From: an uncultured Actinomycetes bacterium
Lineage (GTDB): Bacteria; Actinomycetota; Thermoleophilia; UBA2241
Assembly (NCBI GenBank): GCA_963767005.1
Contig: CAVYCN010000006.1
Span: 180,513 to 244,512, forward strand
Length of the DNA stretch: 64,000 bases
Reading direction: 5' to 3'
The translations under genes were made by a program, and so were the position numbers. This document shows, piece by piece, positions 10,948 through 20,953 of the stretch (positions are counted from its first letter, which is position 1; each line of letters begins with the position of its first letter). Under the pieces are notes generated by a model, which was not told the DNA's origin, made no database searches, and saw only the letters and a list, made by a program, of their open reading frames with translations.

Positions 10948-11508
10948 TCAGGGCATGGTACCCACGGCGGCGAGGGCGGAGAGCTTGACCATCGTCGTCC
11001 AGTTGCGGCTCGTCACGCCGTCGCCCAGCGCGGCGTTCACCGCCGCCGAGACGCGGCTCGCGATGACCCCGTCGGGACACCACAGGTAGGTGACCCGGCG
11101 ACCGAGGACGAGCGCCTCGGCGCCCCAGTCGAGCGCGGCGAGCGGCGCGAGCGCGGCCAGGCCGGCCGCGTCGGCCGGGACGGCGACGAGCAGGCGTGAG
11201 GGGTTGACCGCGACCCCCGCAAACGGGTCGACGGCGACCGCCGCGGCGAGCTCGGCGGCGGTGAGTACGACGACCCGGCACGACACGCCGAGCCGTTCGG
11301 CGAGCGCCGCCTCGATACACGCCGCGGCGACGGCCGGGGTCACGCCGGGCGCGCGGTACACCACGTTGCCGCTGTTCATGAGGGTGCGGACGTCGTGGTA
11401 GCCGAGGTCGCCGACGAGTGCCCGCAGGTCGGCCATGGCGACGCGCTTGGCCGGGCCGACGTTGACGCCACGCAGCAGGGCCGCCTGGATGTCGCCGGAC
11501 GTCGCCAC
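10948..11508 (-). CDS. DUF1697 family protein
   Basis: ALLRGVNVG, TLMNSGNVV, TSRNWTT motifs. Confidence 0.88.
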   Translation of the reverse strand: MATSGDIQAALLRGVNVGPAKRVAMADLRALVGDLGYHDVRTLMNSGNVVYRAPGVTPAVAAACIEAALAERLGVSCRVVVLTAAELAAAVAVDPFAGVAVNPSRLLVAVPADAAGLAALAPLAALDWGAEALVLGRRVTYLWCPDGVIASRVSAAVNAALGDGVTSRNWTTMVKLSALAAVGTMP

Positions 11509-11517
11509 GGGGCCCTT

Positions 11518-11934
11518 CTAGAAGCGCAGCCTGGCCCCGGTCGCGGTGCCGCGGCCGCCGCTCGGGAGCGGCGCGCCCGCGGCGTCGAACGCCTCGTAGC
11601 TCACCGTCGACGCGTAGGTCTGGCCGTCGTCGGCGACCGTGATCGTCTCGAGGAACACGCCGCGCCCGGCGGGCAGCCAGCCGCCGCCGGCCGTGAGCTC
11701 GTCGACGGCCCCCGGCGCCGCGGTCGGGTAGAACTCGTACCTGGCCTCGAAGCGGCCCGGTCCCACCTGGCGCCAGATGCCGTAGGCGGGCGGCACCGGC
11801 GGCGCCGCGTCGTAGTTCGACGACTCGGTCATGGTGCCGCCGAGGTTGAAGACGTACATGAACTCGAGCCCCTCGACGGCGGCGAAGTCGCCGCTCTCGA
11901 AGGCCATGCGAGCCCGCCACTGGCCTACGAGCAC
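11518..11934 (-). CDS. Hypothetical protein, probably a beta-barrel (calycin-like)
   Basis: Coding-like codon bias; LVGQW...GIWRQ pattern; start overlaps the ilvN stop. Confidence 0.7.
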   Translation of the reverse strand: MLVGQWRARMAFESGDFAAVEGLEFMYVFNLGGTMTESSNYDAAPPVPPAYGIWRQVGPGRFEARYEFYPTAAPGAVDELTAGGGWLPAGRGVFLETITVADDGQTYASTVSYEAFDAAGAPLPSGGRGTATGARLRF

Positions 11935-12413
11935 TAGCCGCGCCCCCGCCCGATCGCCACCATGCCTGTGCGGGTGACCTCGACGATGCCCAGGGGCTGC
12001 AGCATCTCGAGCAGCGCCTCGAGCTTGTCGCTGGTGCCGACCACGCGCAGCACCACGCTGCGGCGTTCGACATCGACGATCTTGGCCTTGAAGATCTCAG
12101 CGATCTGCAGCGCGTCGGTGCGCTTGTCGCCCTCGGCCGCGACGCGCACCAGCATGAGCTCGGCGCTCACCGTGTTCGCCGGGTCCAGGTCGCGGATCTT
12201 CACGACGTTGATGAGCTTGTGGAGCTGCTTGGTGACCTGATCGATGGGATGCTCGGCGCCATCGATCGAGATCGTCATGCGCGACAGACGCGGGTCCTCG
12301 CTCTCGCCGACCGCCAGGCTCTCGATGTTGAAGCCACGCCGGGCGAACAGGCCGGCCACCCGCGTGAGCACGCCCGGCTTGTTCTCGACGAGCACCGACA
12401 GCGTGTGCTTCAT
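11934..12413 (-). CDS. ilvN: Acetolactate synthase small subunit
   Basis: [33 protein letters not shown]. Confidence 0.96.
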   Translation of the reverse strand: MKHTLSVLVENKPGVLTRVAGLFARRGFNIESLAVGESEDPRLSRMTISIDGAEHPIDQVTKQLHKLINVVKIRDLDPANTVSAELMLVRVAAEGDKRTDALQIAEIFKAKIVDVERRSVVLRVVGTSDKLEALLEMLQPLGIVEVTRTGMVAIGRGRG

Positions 12414-14149
12414 GACTTCTTCTCCCGCGTGCGGCGGCCCGACTTGCCGCCGATCATCTCGGTGATGGCCTGGCCGGCCGGCACCATCGGAAAGACGTTC
12501 TCTTCGGGGGCCACCTTGAAGTCGATCACCGTGGGCCGCCCGCTCGCGATCGCCTCGCGTAGCGCGTCGCCCACGTCGCCTGCCTCGGTCACGCGCATGC
12601 CCTTGGCGCCGAAGGCCTCGGCGAGCAGGGCGAAGTCGGGCTGCACGGCGATGCAGGTGAACGCGTAGCGCTTGTTCCAGAACAGGTCCTGCCACTGGCG
12701 CACCATGCCGAGGTAGCCGTTGTTCAGGATGGCGACCACGACCGGAACGTCGTAGTTCACCGCCGTGGCGAGCTCCTGCATGGTCATCTGGAAGCCGCCG
12801 TCGCCGCTCACGTCGATCACCGTACGGTCGGGGCAGCCGATCTTGGCGCCGATCGCGGCCGGCAGGCCGAAGCCCATGGTGCCGAGGCCGCCGGAGCTGA
12901 TCCACTGGCGCGGGTAGCTGAAGTGGTAGTAGAGCGTCGCCCACATCTGATGCTGGCCGACGTCGGTCACGACCACGGCCTCGCCGCCGGTGACGCGCTC
13001 GATCTCCTCGATCACGAACTCGGGCGCGATCGTGCCGTCGGTCGGCTCGTCGTAATGCAGCGGGTACTCGGCCTTCCAGCCGTCGATGCGCGCGAGCCAG
13101 GCGTCGGTGCGACCGGCCGCCAGCTCCATGTTCCGCAGGTCGGCGACGAGGGCGGCGAGCACGTGGCGAGCGTCGCCGACGATCGGGATGCTGGGCTCGA
13201 CGTTCTTACCGATCTCGGCCGGGTCGACGTCGATGTGGACGATCGCCTTGGCCTGCGGCGCGAAGGCCGACAGCTTGCCGGTGACGCGGTCGTCGAAGCG
13301 CGCCCCCACGGCGACCAGCAGGTCGCACTCGTGCACGGCGTAGTTGGCCGTGACGGTGCCGTGCATGCCGAGCGTGCCCAGCGAGAGCGGGTGCCGGCTG
13401 GGGAAGCTGCCCAGGCCCATGTGGGTGGTCGTGACCGGCACCCGCAGCAGCTCGGCGAGCGCGCGCAGCTCGTCGGCGGCGCCGGCGCTGATCACGCCGC
13501 CGCCGACGTAGAGCACCGGGCGCTCGGCATCGACCAGGGCGCGGGCCGCCGCGCGGATCTGCTTGACGTGGCCCTTGAGCGTGGGCCGGTACCCGGGAAG
13601 CTGCGGCCCGTCGGGCCGCTTGTAGGCGACCTCGGCGAGCTCGGCCGTGACGGGGATGTCGATCACGACCGGCCCCGGCCGGCCGGTCGAGGCGATGTGG
13701 AAGGCCTCGTGGATGACCTGCGGGATGTCGGCCGGACGGTGGACCAGGTAGGAGTGCTTGACGATCGGCAGGGTGATGCCGGTGACGTCGGCCTCCTGGA
13801 AGGCGTCGGTGCCGATCAGGTCGTCCTTGACCTGGCCGGTGATCGCGACCAGCGGGATCGAGTCGAGGTAGGCGTTGGCGATGCCGGTCACCAGGTTGGT
13901 GGCGCCGGGGCCGCTCGTGGCCAGGCACACGCCGACCTTGCCGGTGGCGCGCGCGTAGCCGTCGGCGGCGTGCACCGCGCCTTGCTCGTGGCGCACAAGC
14001 ACGTGGCGCAGGTGGCCGGCGTCGTACAGGGCGTCGTAGAGCGGGATCACCATCCCGCCGGGAAAGCCGAACAGCGTGTCGCAGCCCTCGGCCTCGAGCG
14101 AGGCGACGATGGCCTGCGCACCCTTCATCTTCGTGGTCTGTGGCGTCAT
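12410..14149 (-). CDS. ilvB: Acetolactate synthase large subunit
   Basis: [37 protein letters not shown]...[12 protein letters not shown]. Confidence 0.96.
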   Translation of the reverse strand: MTPQTTKMKGAQAIVASLEAEGCDTLFGFPGGMVIPLYDALYDAGHLRHVLVRHEQGAVHAADGYARATGKVGVCLATSGPGATNLVTGIANAYLDSIPLVAITGQVKDDLIGTDAFQEADVTGITLPIVKHSYLVHRPADIPQVIHEAFHIASTGRPGPVVIDIPVTAELAEVAYKRPDGPQLPGYRPTLKGHVKQIRAAARALVDAERPVLYVGGGVISAGAADELRALAELLRVPVTTTHMGLGSFPSRHPLSLGTLGMHGTVTANYAVHECDLLVAVGARFDDRVTGKLSAFAPQAKAIVHIDVDPAEIGKNVEPSIPIVGDARHVLAALVADLRNMELAAGRTDAWLARIDGWKAEYPLHYDEPTDGTIAPEFVIEEIERVTGGEAVVVTDVGQHQMWATLYYHFSYPRQWISSGGLGTMGFGLPAAIGAKIGCPDRTVIDVSGDGGFQMTMQELATAVNYDVPVVVAILNNGYLGMVRQWQDLFWNKRYAFTCIAVQPDFALLAEAFGAKGMRVTEAGDVGDALREAIASGRPTVIDFKVAPEENVFPMVPAGQAITEMIGGKSGRRTREKKS

Positions 14150-15804
14150 CGAAGGACAGCCCCCTTCTCCGCACCGGAGACGAGTTTGACGTACCGGGCG
14201 AGGTAGCCCGTGAGCTCGGGGCGCGGCGGCGCGACCTTCGTGGCGCGCCGCCGCTCGAGTACGGCGACGTCGACGTCGAGCGTGAGGCTGCGGCCGGGGA
14301 TGTCGATGACGATGGTGTCGCCGTCTTCGACCAGGCCGATCGCACCGCCGGCCTGGGCTTCGGGGGCGACGTGGCCGATCGCGGCGCCCCGCGTGGCGCC
14401 GCTGAAACGGCCGTCGGTGATGAGGGCGACGTCGTGGTCGCGGCCCTGGCCGGCCAGCATCGAGGTGGCGGCCAGCATCTCGGGCATGCCGGGCGCGCCC
14501 TTAGGGCCTTCGTTGCGCACCACCAGGACCGAGCCGCTCGCGATGTCGCCGGCGGCGATGGCCGCGACTGCGGCCTTCTCGCTTTCGAACACGCGCGCCG
14601 GACCGCTGTGGCGCAGCATCTCGTCGGCCACGGCGCCCTCCTTGACCACGGCGCCGGCCGGCGCCAGGTTGCCGAAGAGCACGGCCAGGCCGCCGGTGGC
14701 GTGGTAGGGCCGGTCGAGCGGCCGCACGACCTCGTCGTCGAGCACGCGGGCGCCGGCCACGGCGTCGGCCATGGTGCCGCCGGCCACCGTGCGCGCCGCG
14801 CCGTCGATGAGACCGGCGTCGAGCAGGCGCTTGAGGACGGCCTGGATGCCGCCCGCGTGGTAGAGGTCCTCCATGTGGTGCGGGCCGGCCGGCGCGAGCA
14901 GGCAGAGGTGCGGCACGCGGGCGGCGACCTCGTTGACGCGCTCGAGCGGGAACTCGAGGCCCGCCTCGGTGGCGATCGCCGCCAGGTGCAGCACGGTGTT
15001 GGTGCTGCAGCCCAGGCTGGCGTCGGCCGCCAGGGCGTTGCCCACGGCGGCGTCGGTCAGGATGTCGCGCGGCTTGAGGTCGGCGGCCAGCACGTCCATG
15101 ACCTTGACGCCACTCTCCTTGGCGAAGCGCAGACGCTCGCTGTAGGGCGCCGGGATGGTGCCGTTGCCGGGCAGCGCCAGGCCGATCACCTCGGCGAGGC
15201 AGTTCATGGAGTTCGCCGTGAACATGCCGGAGCACGAGCCGCACGTGGGGCAGGCGCTGCATTCGACGGCGGCAAGACCCGCCTCGTCGAGCGTGCCGGC
15301 CTGCACGCGGCCGACGGCCTCGAACACGCTGTTCAGGTCGACCGTGCGCCCGTCGAGGCGGCCGGCGAGCATGGGACCGCCGCTCACCATGACGCACGGC
15401 ACGTTCAGACGCATCGCGGCCATGAGCATGCCGGGGATGATCTTGTCGCAGCACGGCACGAGCACGAGGGCGTCGAAGGCCTGGGCCCGCGCCATCGACT
15501 CGACCGTGTCGGCCACGAGCTCGCGGCTGGGCAGCGAGTAGTGCATGCCGGGATGGTCCATGGCGATGCCGTCGCAGATGCCCATGACGCCGAACTCGAA
15601 GGGCACGCCGCCGGCCTGGCGCACGCCGGCCTTGACGGCCTCGACGATCTTGTCGAGGTGCATGTGACCGGGCACGACCTCGCTGAACGAGTTGGCGATG
15701 CCGATGAACGGGCGCTCCATCTCAGCGTCGGTCACGCCCAGGGCCCGCAGCAGCGAGCGATGCGGGGCGCGCGCCGCGCCGAGCTTGATCTCGTCGCTTC
15801 TCAC
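14146..15804 (-). CDS. ilvD: Dihydroxy-acid dehydratase
   Basis: [42 protein letters not shown]; GTG start with GAGG RBS. Confidence 0.96.
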   Translation of the reverse strand: MRSDEIKLGAARAPHRSLLRALGVTDAEMERPFIGIANSFSEVVPGHMHLDKIVEAVKAGVRQAGGVPFEFGVMGICDGIAMDHPGMHYSLPSRELVADTVESMARAQAFDALVLVPCCDKIIPGMLMAAMRLNVPCVMVSGGPMLAGRLDGRTVDLNSVFEAVGRVQAGTLDEAGLAAVECSACPTCGSCSGMFTANSMNCLAEVIGLALPGNGTIPAPYSERLRFAKESGVKVMDVLAADLKPRDILTDAAVGNALAADASLGCSTNTVLHLAAIATEAGLEFPLERVNEVAARVPHLCLLAPAGPHHMEDLYHAGGIQAVLKRLLDAGLIDGAARTVAGGTMADAVAGARVLDDEVVRPLDRPYHATGGLAVLFGNLAPAGAVVKEGAVADEMLRHSGPARVFESEKAAVAAIAAGDIASGSVLVVRNEGPKGAPGMPEMLAATSMLAGQGRDHDVALITDGRFSGATRGAAIGHVAPEAQAGGAIGLVEDGDTIVIDIPGRSLTLDVDVAVLERRRATKVAPPRPELTGYLARYVKLVSGAEKGAVLR

Positions 15805-16054
15805 GTCCTCAATCGCCTTTCGTCGGAGGTCGTCGCCGGAGGGGGTGGGGTGCCGGGCGCAAGGGCGGCCCGGGCTTGCCGCTCCAACCGGCCCGGCAGA
15901 CCCATTATGATACCTGAATGCGTGCGGGCGGCCAGGGCAGGTTCGCCCGTCTCGACGACGGGGTATCTGCTCGGGCGGCGGGCGACCTCGCCAGCCGGGG
16001 TCGCGACCTCGCGGACTTGGCGGCGACATGGCAGATGTTTCAGAGGAGGGCAAC

Positions 16055-16378
16055 GTGGCAGACGTGGTCAAGGAACTGACCGACGATACGTTCCAGCAGA
16101 CCGTCGACGAGGCGACGAAGCCGGTCATCGTCGACTTCTGGGCGGCCTGGTGCGGTCCGTGCCGCACGGTGGGACCGATCGTCGAGGACCTCGCCGGCAC
16201 GCACGCCGACAAGGTGATGGTCGGCAAGCTCAACGTCGACGACAACCAGGCGACGGCCGCCAAGTTCGGGATCATGAGCATCCCCACGCTCATCCTCTTC
16301 AAGGACGGCAAGCCCGTGAAGAAGATCATCGGCGTGCGCAGTAAGGGCGACCTGGAGCGCGAGTTCGAGCTCGTCTAG
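16055..16378 (+). CDS. trxA: Thioredoxin
   Basis: WCGPC active site, SIPTL; GTG start after GAGGAGG. Confidence 0.95.
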   Translation: MADVVKELTDDTFQQTVDEATKPVIVDFWAAWCGPCRTVGPIVEDLAGTHADKVMVGKLNVDDNQATAAKFGIMSIPTLILFKDGKPVKKIIGVRSKGDLEREFELV

Positions 16379-16524
16379 CGCGCCGGCGCCCGCGACGCCG
16401 ACCGGCGCGAGCCGGGCGCGCGGGCGCCGACCGGTCCCTCGGACAGGCGACGGGGGCCGGGGCGATCCTCTCGGATCGCCCCGGCCCCCGTCGCGCACCG
16501 ACGTGTTCGCCGTGACGGCGGCTG

Positions 16525-16866
16525 CTACCTGATGGCTGCCTCGCCACGCTCGCCCGTGCGCGTGCGCACCGCGTCCTCGACGGCGCTCACGAAGATCTTG
16601 CCCTGGCCGATCCGGCCCTTCTCGAGGGCCTTGCGCAGGCTCGCCACGACCCGCTCGACGTCCTCGTCGCCGACCACCATCTCGACCTTCATCTTGGGAT
16701 GGAAGCGGTACTGATCCGGGGCGCCACTCTCACCGCGCGTGAAGCCCTTCTGCACGCCGAAGCCTTTGGCCTCGGTCACGGTCATGCCCACGACGCCCTC
16801 GACGGCCAGGTTCTCGGCTACGGTGTCGAGGTTGTAGGGCTGGATGATGCACTCAATCTTCTTCAT
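16525..16866 (-). CDS. P-II family nitrogen regulator with a divergent T-loop
   Basis: MKKIECII...GMTVTEAKGFG.QKG...PK, GKIFV, RTRTGE; GGAGG RBS. Confidence 0.9.
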   Translation of the reverse strand: MKKIECIIQPYNLDTVAENLAVEGVVGMTVTEAKGFGVQKGFTRGESGAPDQYRFHPKMKVEMVVGDEDVERVVASLRKALEKGRIGQGKIFVSAVEDAVRTRTGERGEAAIR

Positions 16867-17024
16867 CGACGGCCTCCAGGTTCTGCGCTCGACCGGCTCC
16901 TGCACGACGTCCTTCGGACGCAGGATCGCCCATTCATCCCCGAGGCCATGGGTGGGCAAACCGCGCTGCCGCAGCTTCGCCGAAAGAGACGAGCCGGCAC
17001 GCGGCGGTGGCGGAAACGGCCACC

Positions 17025-17070
17025 AAGACAAGCGGCGGGGCGCGCTCCTTGCGGAGCCCACCCCGCCGCT
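17025..17070 (-). terminator. Intrinsic terminator after gdhA
   Basis: AGCGGCGGGG...CCCCGCCGCT stem followed by TGTCTT. Confidence 0.65.
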
Positions 17071-17141
17071 GCCTGCGGGCGTCTCTCAGGCCGCTCCCGC
17101 GGCCGCCCCTGCGGGCCGGCCCCGGGACACGAGCGGTCGGA

Positions 17142-18521
17142 TCAGACGAGACCCTGGTCGAGCATGCTGTCGGCGACCTTGACGAAACCGGCGATGTTCG
17201 CGCCGTTCACGTAGTTGCCGGGCGTGTCGTACTCGTTGGCCGCGTCGACGCACTGCTTGTGGATGGCCTTCATGATCCCGTGGAGACGGGTGTCGACCTC
17301 TTCGCGCGTCCAGGCCAGGCGCAGGCTGTTCTGGCTCATCTCGAGACCGGAGGTGGCCACGCCGCCGGCGTTGGCGGCCTTGCCGGGGCCGTAGAGGATG
17401 CCGGCCTTGACGAACTGCTCGACGCCTTCGGGGACCGTCGGCATGTTGGCGCCTTCGGAGACCACGTACACGCCGTTCTTCAGCAGGTTGGCGGCGTCCT
17501 TGGCGTTGATCTCGTTCTGGACGGCGCTCGGGAAGGCCGCGTCGGCCTTGATGTCCCACAGCGGGTTGTGGTCGGCGTTCCTGTCGATCGGGTAGAACTT
17601 GGCGCCGAACTTGTCGGCATACTCCTTGATGCGGCCGCGCTTGACGTTCTTGAGCTCGAGCAGGAAGGCGAGCTTCTCGCGATCGATGCCCTCGGCGTCA
17701 TGAATGAAGCCGCTCGAGTCGGACAGCGTGACGGCCTTGCCGCCCAGGTCGAGGATCTTCTCGACGGTGTACTGGGCGACGTTGCCCGAACCGCTGACCA
17801 GGCAGGTCTTGCCCTCGAGGGTGTCGTCGCGCGTGTTCAGCATCTCCTCGGCGAAGTAGACCGCGCCGTAGCCGGTCGCCTCGGGACGGATCAGCGAGCC
17901 GCCCCAGTTGAGGCCCTTGCCCGTCAGCACGCCGACGAACTCGTTGCGGATGCGCTTGTACTGGCCGAACATGAAGCCGATCTCGCGACCGCCGACGCCG
18001 ATGTCGCCGGCGGGGACATCGGTGAACTGGCCGATGTGCCGGCTGAGCTCGGTCATGAAGCTCTGGCAGAAGCGCATGACCTCGCCGTCGCTCTTGCCCT
18101 TGGGGTCGAAGTTCGAGCCGCCCTTGCCGCCGCCCATGGGGAGCGTGGTGAGAGCGTTCTTGAAGACCTGCTCGAAGGCGAGGAACTTGAGCATGCCGAG
18201 GTAGACGGTCGGATGGAAGCGCAGGCCGCCCTTGTAGGGGCCGATGGCGCTGTTCATCTCGATGCGGAAGCCCTTCTGGATCTGGATCTCGCCCTTGTCG
18301 TCGACCCAGGGGACACGGAACATGATGACGCGCTCGGGCTCGATGATGCGCTCGAGGATCTTGGCTTCGCGGTACTTGGGGTGGCGCGCGAGCACGGGCT
18401 CGAGCGACTCGGCGACTTCCTGGACGGCCTGGTGGAACTCGAGCTCGCCCTGGTTCTTGGCCACGACGTCGGCCATGAGCTTCTTCACGTACTCGGTCTT
18501 CGGTGCGGTAACCACGCTCAC
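17142..18521 (-). CDS. gdhA: Glutamate dehydrogenase (GdhA family)
   Basis: GPYKGGLRFH, GGGKGG, DVPAGDIGVG, RPEATGYG, GSGNVA, PGKAANAGGV. Confidence 0.96.
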   Translation of the reverse strand: MSVVTAPKTEYVKKLMADVVAKNQGELEFHQAVQEVAESLEPVLARHPKYREAKILERIIEPERVIMFRVPWVDDKGEIQIQKGFRIEMNSAIGPYKGGLRFHPTVYLGMLKFLAFEQVFKNALTTLPMGGGKGGSNFDPKGKSDGEVMRFCQSFMTELSRHIGQFTDVPAGDIGVGGREIGFMFGQYKRIRNEFVGVLTGKGLNWGGSLIRPEATGYGAVYFAEEMLNTRDDTLEGKTCLVSGSGNVAQYTVEKILDLGGKAVTLSDSSGFIHDAEGIDREKLAFLLELKNVKRGRIKEYADKFGAKFYPIDRNADHNPLWDIKADAAFPSAVQNEINAKDAANLLKNGVYVVSEGANMPTVPEGVEQFVKAGILYGPGKAANAGGVATSGLEMSQNSLRLAWTREEVDTRLHGIMKAIHKQCVDAANEYDTPGNYVNGANIAGFVKVADSMLDQGLV

Positions 18522-19129
18522 TTCAGAGCCCTCCCTATGGGAACGTTAGGACGGAAAAGACGAGACGGACGAGCCGCGCGACGCGTGCTGTGTGCGACGG
18601 CGTCCGGAGACGAGGTAGTGCGGTCTCTACCAACCTCCAAACGGGCCGGGCCGGTGGCGGCCCGCGGTCGAGGTGCAGGTCGCCCGCGAGTATACGACCG
18701 GCCCTTGCAGGCCATCGCGCCACCAAACTGCCAAGAGTTACAAACTTGGCGGGGGCGCGGTGGCCCAAGCGGCCAAGCAGTATGGCCACATGGGCCGACC
18801 GTTCATACAAACGGCGGGAACACCACGGCCCGTCGCGACCCGGCGAGCGCCCGCCGGAACGCGTACCGTCCCCGACGGGCCCGGCGCGCCATCAGGCTCG
18901 GCTTTTGTGCAGCCTGGCCAAGGACCACCCCCTCGTCGCGCCGCTTTTTCGGACGAAGCGACGAACGACCGCGCCTCCCGTCCCCTATAGTGGGTCGGGA
19001 AGCCACGATGCGCCGGTGAGAGACCCACGCGCGTCGCGCGCCCGCGTCCGGCGCCGCTCCGGCGGCCGCGACGCCCCACGGTCGTCTGACTCGCGCCGAC
19101 AAGGCTCGTGCTAGGAAGGAGCAGGCTCG

Positions 19130-20626
19130 ATGGCACGCACTGCAGAGGAATTCGTCCAGAGCATCGCCGACCTCGACCTCGAGATCTATCTGTTCGGTGA
19201 GCGGGTCCACGACTACGTGAACCACCCGGTCATCCGCCCGTCCCTCAACTGCATCGCGATGACCTACGAGCTCGCGGCCAAGCCGGAATACGAAGACCTG
19301 ATGACGGCCACCAGCCACATCACCGGCAAGAAGGTCAACCGCTTCACCCACATCCACCAGTCGACCGACGACCTCGTCAAGAAGGTCAAGATGCAGCGCC
19401 TGCTGGGCCAGAAGACGGGCTCGTGCTTCCAGCGCTGCGTCGGCATGGACGCGATCAACGCCCTGTGGTCGGTCACCTGGGAGACCGATCAGGCCAGGGG
19501 CACGACCTATCACGAGAAGTTCCGCGACTACGTGCGGTTCCTGCAGGACGAGGACCTGGTCGCCGACGGCGCCATGACCGACGTCAAGGGCGACCGCGGC
19601 AAGTCGCCGTCGCAGCAGGCCGACCCCGACCTCTACCTGCACATCGTCGAGCGCCGCGACGACGGCATCGTCGTACGCGGCGCCAAAGCCCACCAGACCG
19701 GCGCCTGCAACTCGCACGAGATCCTCGTCATGCCGACCGTCGCCATGCGCGAGGGCGACGAGGACTACGCCGTGTCCTTCTCGACGCCGGCCAACGCGCC
19801 CGGCATCTTCTACGTGTACGGGCGCCAGTCGTGCGACACCCGCAAGCTCGAAGAGAACGAGCTCGACGTCGGCAACGCGCGCTTCGGCGGCCACGAGGCC
19901 CTCATGATCTTCGACGACGTGTTCGTGCCCTGGGAGCGCGTGTACATGGCCGGCGAGATCGAGTTCTCGGGCGCCCTCGTCGAGCGCTTCGCCGGCTTCC
20001 ACCGCCAGAGCTACGGCGGCTGCAAGGTCGGCGTGGGCGACGTGCTGATCGGCGCGACGGCCCTGGCCGCCGAGTACAACGGCGCCGCCAAGGCGAGCCA
20101 CGTCAAGGACAAGATCATCGAGATGACGCACCTGAACGAGACCCTGTTCTCGTGCGGTATCGCCTGCTCGGCCGAGGGCGTCAAGATGCCGGCCGGCAAC
20201 TACCAGATCGACATGCTGCTGGCCAACGTCTGCAAGCAGAACGTCACGCGCTTCCCCTACGAGATCGCGCGCCTGGCCGAGGACATCGCCGGCGGCCTCA
20301 TGGTGACCATGCCCTCGGCCCAGGACCTCTTCGCCGAGAAGACCGGCCCGTGGGTCGAGAAGCTCCTGGCCGCGCAGTGCGACACGCCGACGATCGACCG
20401 CATGCGCGTCATGCGCCTGATCGAGAACCTCACGCTGGGCACGGCGGCGGTGGGTTACCGCACCGAGTCGATGCACGGCGCCGGCTCGCCGCAGGCGCAG
20501 CGCATCATGATCGCGCGCCAGTCCAACGTGGAGCACAAGAAGCAGCTCGCCCGCGAGCTCGCCGGTGTCGGTACGCCGGTCGACGCCCAGAAGGCGAAGC
20601 TGCGCAAGCCCGTCGGAGTCAAGTGA
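19130..20626 (+). CDS. abfD: 4-hydroxybutyryl-CoA dehydratase / vinylacetyl-CoA isomerase
   Basis: HpaB-like fold with the Fe-S ligand motifs CFQRC and HRQSYGGC; MTDVKGDR; ESMHGAGSP. Confidence 0.9.
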   Translation: MARTAEEFVQSIADLDLEIYLFGERVHDYVNHPVIRPSLNCIAMTYELAAKPEYEDLMTATSHITGKKVNRFTHIHQSTDDLVKKVKMQRLLGQKTGSCFQRCVGMDAINALWSVTWETDQARGTTYHEKFRDYVRFLQDEDLVADGAMTDVKGDRGKSPSQQADPDLYLHIVERRDDGIVVRGAKAHQTGACNSHEILVMPTVAMREGDEDYAVSFSTPANAPGIFYVYGRQSCDTRKLEENELDVGNARFGGHEALMIFDDVFVPWERVYMAGEIEFSGALVERFAGFHRQSYGGCKVGVGDVLIGATALAAEYNGAAKASHVKDKIIEMTHLNETLFSCGIACSAEGVKMPAGNYQIDMLLANVCKQNVTRFPYEIARLAEDIAGGLMVTMPSAQDLFAEKTGPWVEKLLAAQCDTPTIDRMRVMRLIENLTLGTAAVGYRTESMHGAGSPQAQRIMIARQSNVEHKKQLARELAGVGTPVDAQKAKLRKPVGVK

Positions 20627-20654
20627 GCGATCGGCGGCGAGCGGCGGAGCGACC

Positions 20655-20945
20655 GTGCGCATCGTGTTCTGCGGAGGCTGCAACCCGGTGATCGATCGCG
20701 TGGCCCTGGCCGACGCGCTGACGGCCGACCCCCGCCTGGCCGACCTCGACGTCGAGGTCGATGTCTCAGGTTGCTCGCGCTCGTGCGCGGCCGCCCAGGA
20801 GCTCACGAGCGACCGCCCCGACGTGCTCATCGTCGCAGGCCGTCATCTCGACGGCCGGCCGCTCGACGAGACCGAGCTCGCCGCGGCGATCACACGGCGG
20901 CTCACAGACGCCGACGCCGACGACCCCTCTTCCCCGACCGAGTGA
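20655..20945 (+). CDS. Small cysteine-rich hypothetical protein (FCGGCNP ... GCSRSC)
   Basis: GTG with GGAG RBS; lies between abfD and the CoA-transferase. Confidence 0.75.
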   Translation: MRIVFCGGCNPVIDRVALADALTADPRLADLDVEVDVSGCSRSCAAAQELTSDRPDVLIVAGRHLDGRPLDETELAAAITRRLTDADADDPSSPTE

Positions 20946-20953
20946 GGAGACCG

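Noticed and set aside
15801-15905. Possible uORF upstream of ilvD (MGLPGRLERQARAAL...RT) ending in a GTGA overlap
   Set aside because: Its ATG overlaps the predicted -10 (TATCAT/CATAAT), so it is probably not transcribed; no Leu/Ile/Val run
16028-16054. Upstream ATG for trxA (MADV duplicated)
   Set aside because: The strong GAGGAGG RBS precedes GTG 16055; the extension is probably not translated
19131-19146. TGGCACGCACTGCA as a sigma54 promoter
   Set aside because: GG-GC spacing is 8 nt rather than 10 and it lies inside the coding start
19130-20626. 4-hydroxyphenylacetate 3-monooxygenase call
   Set aside because: Fe-S ligand motifs and the CoA-transferase/ADH context favour AbfD
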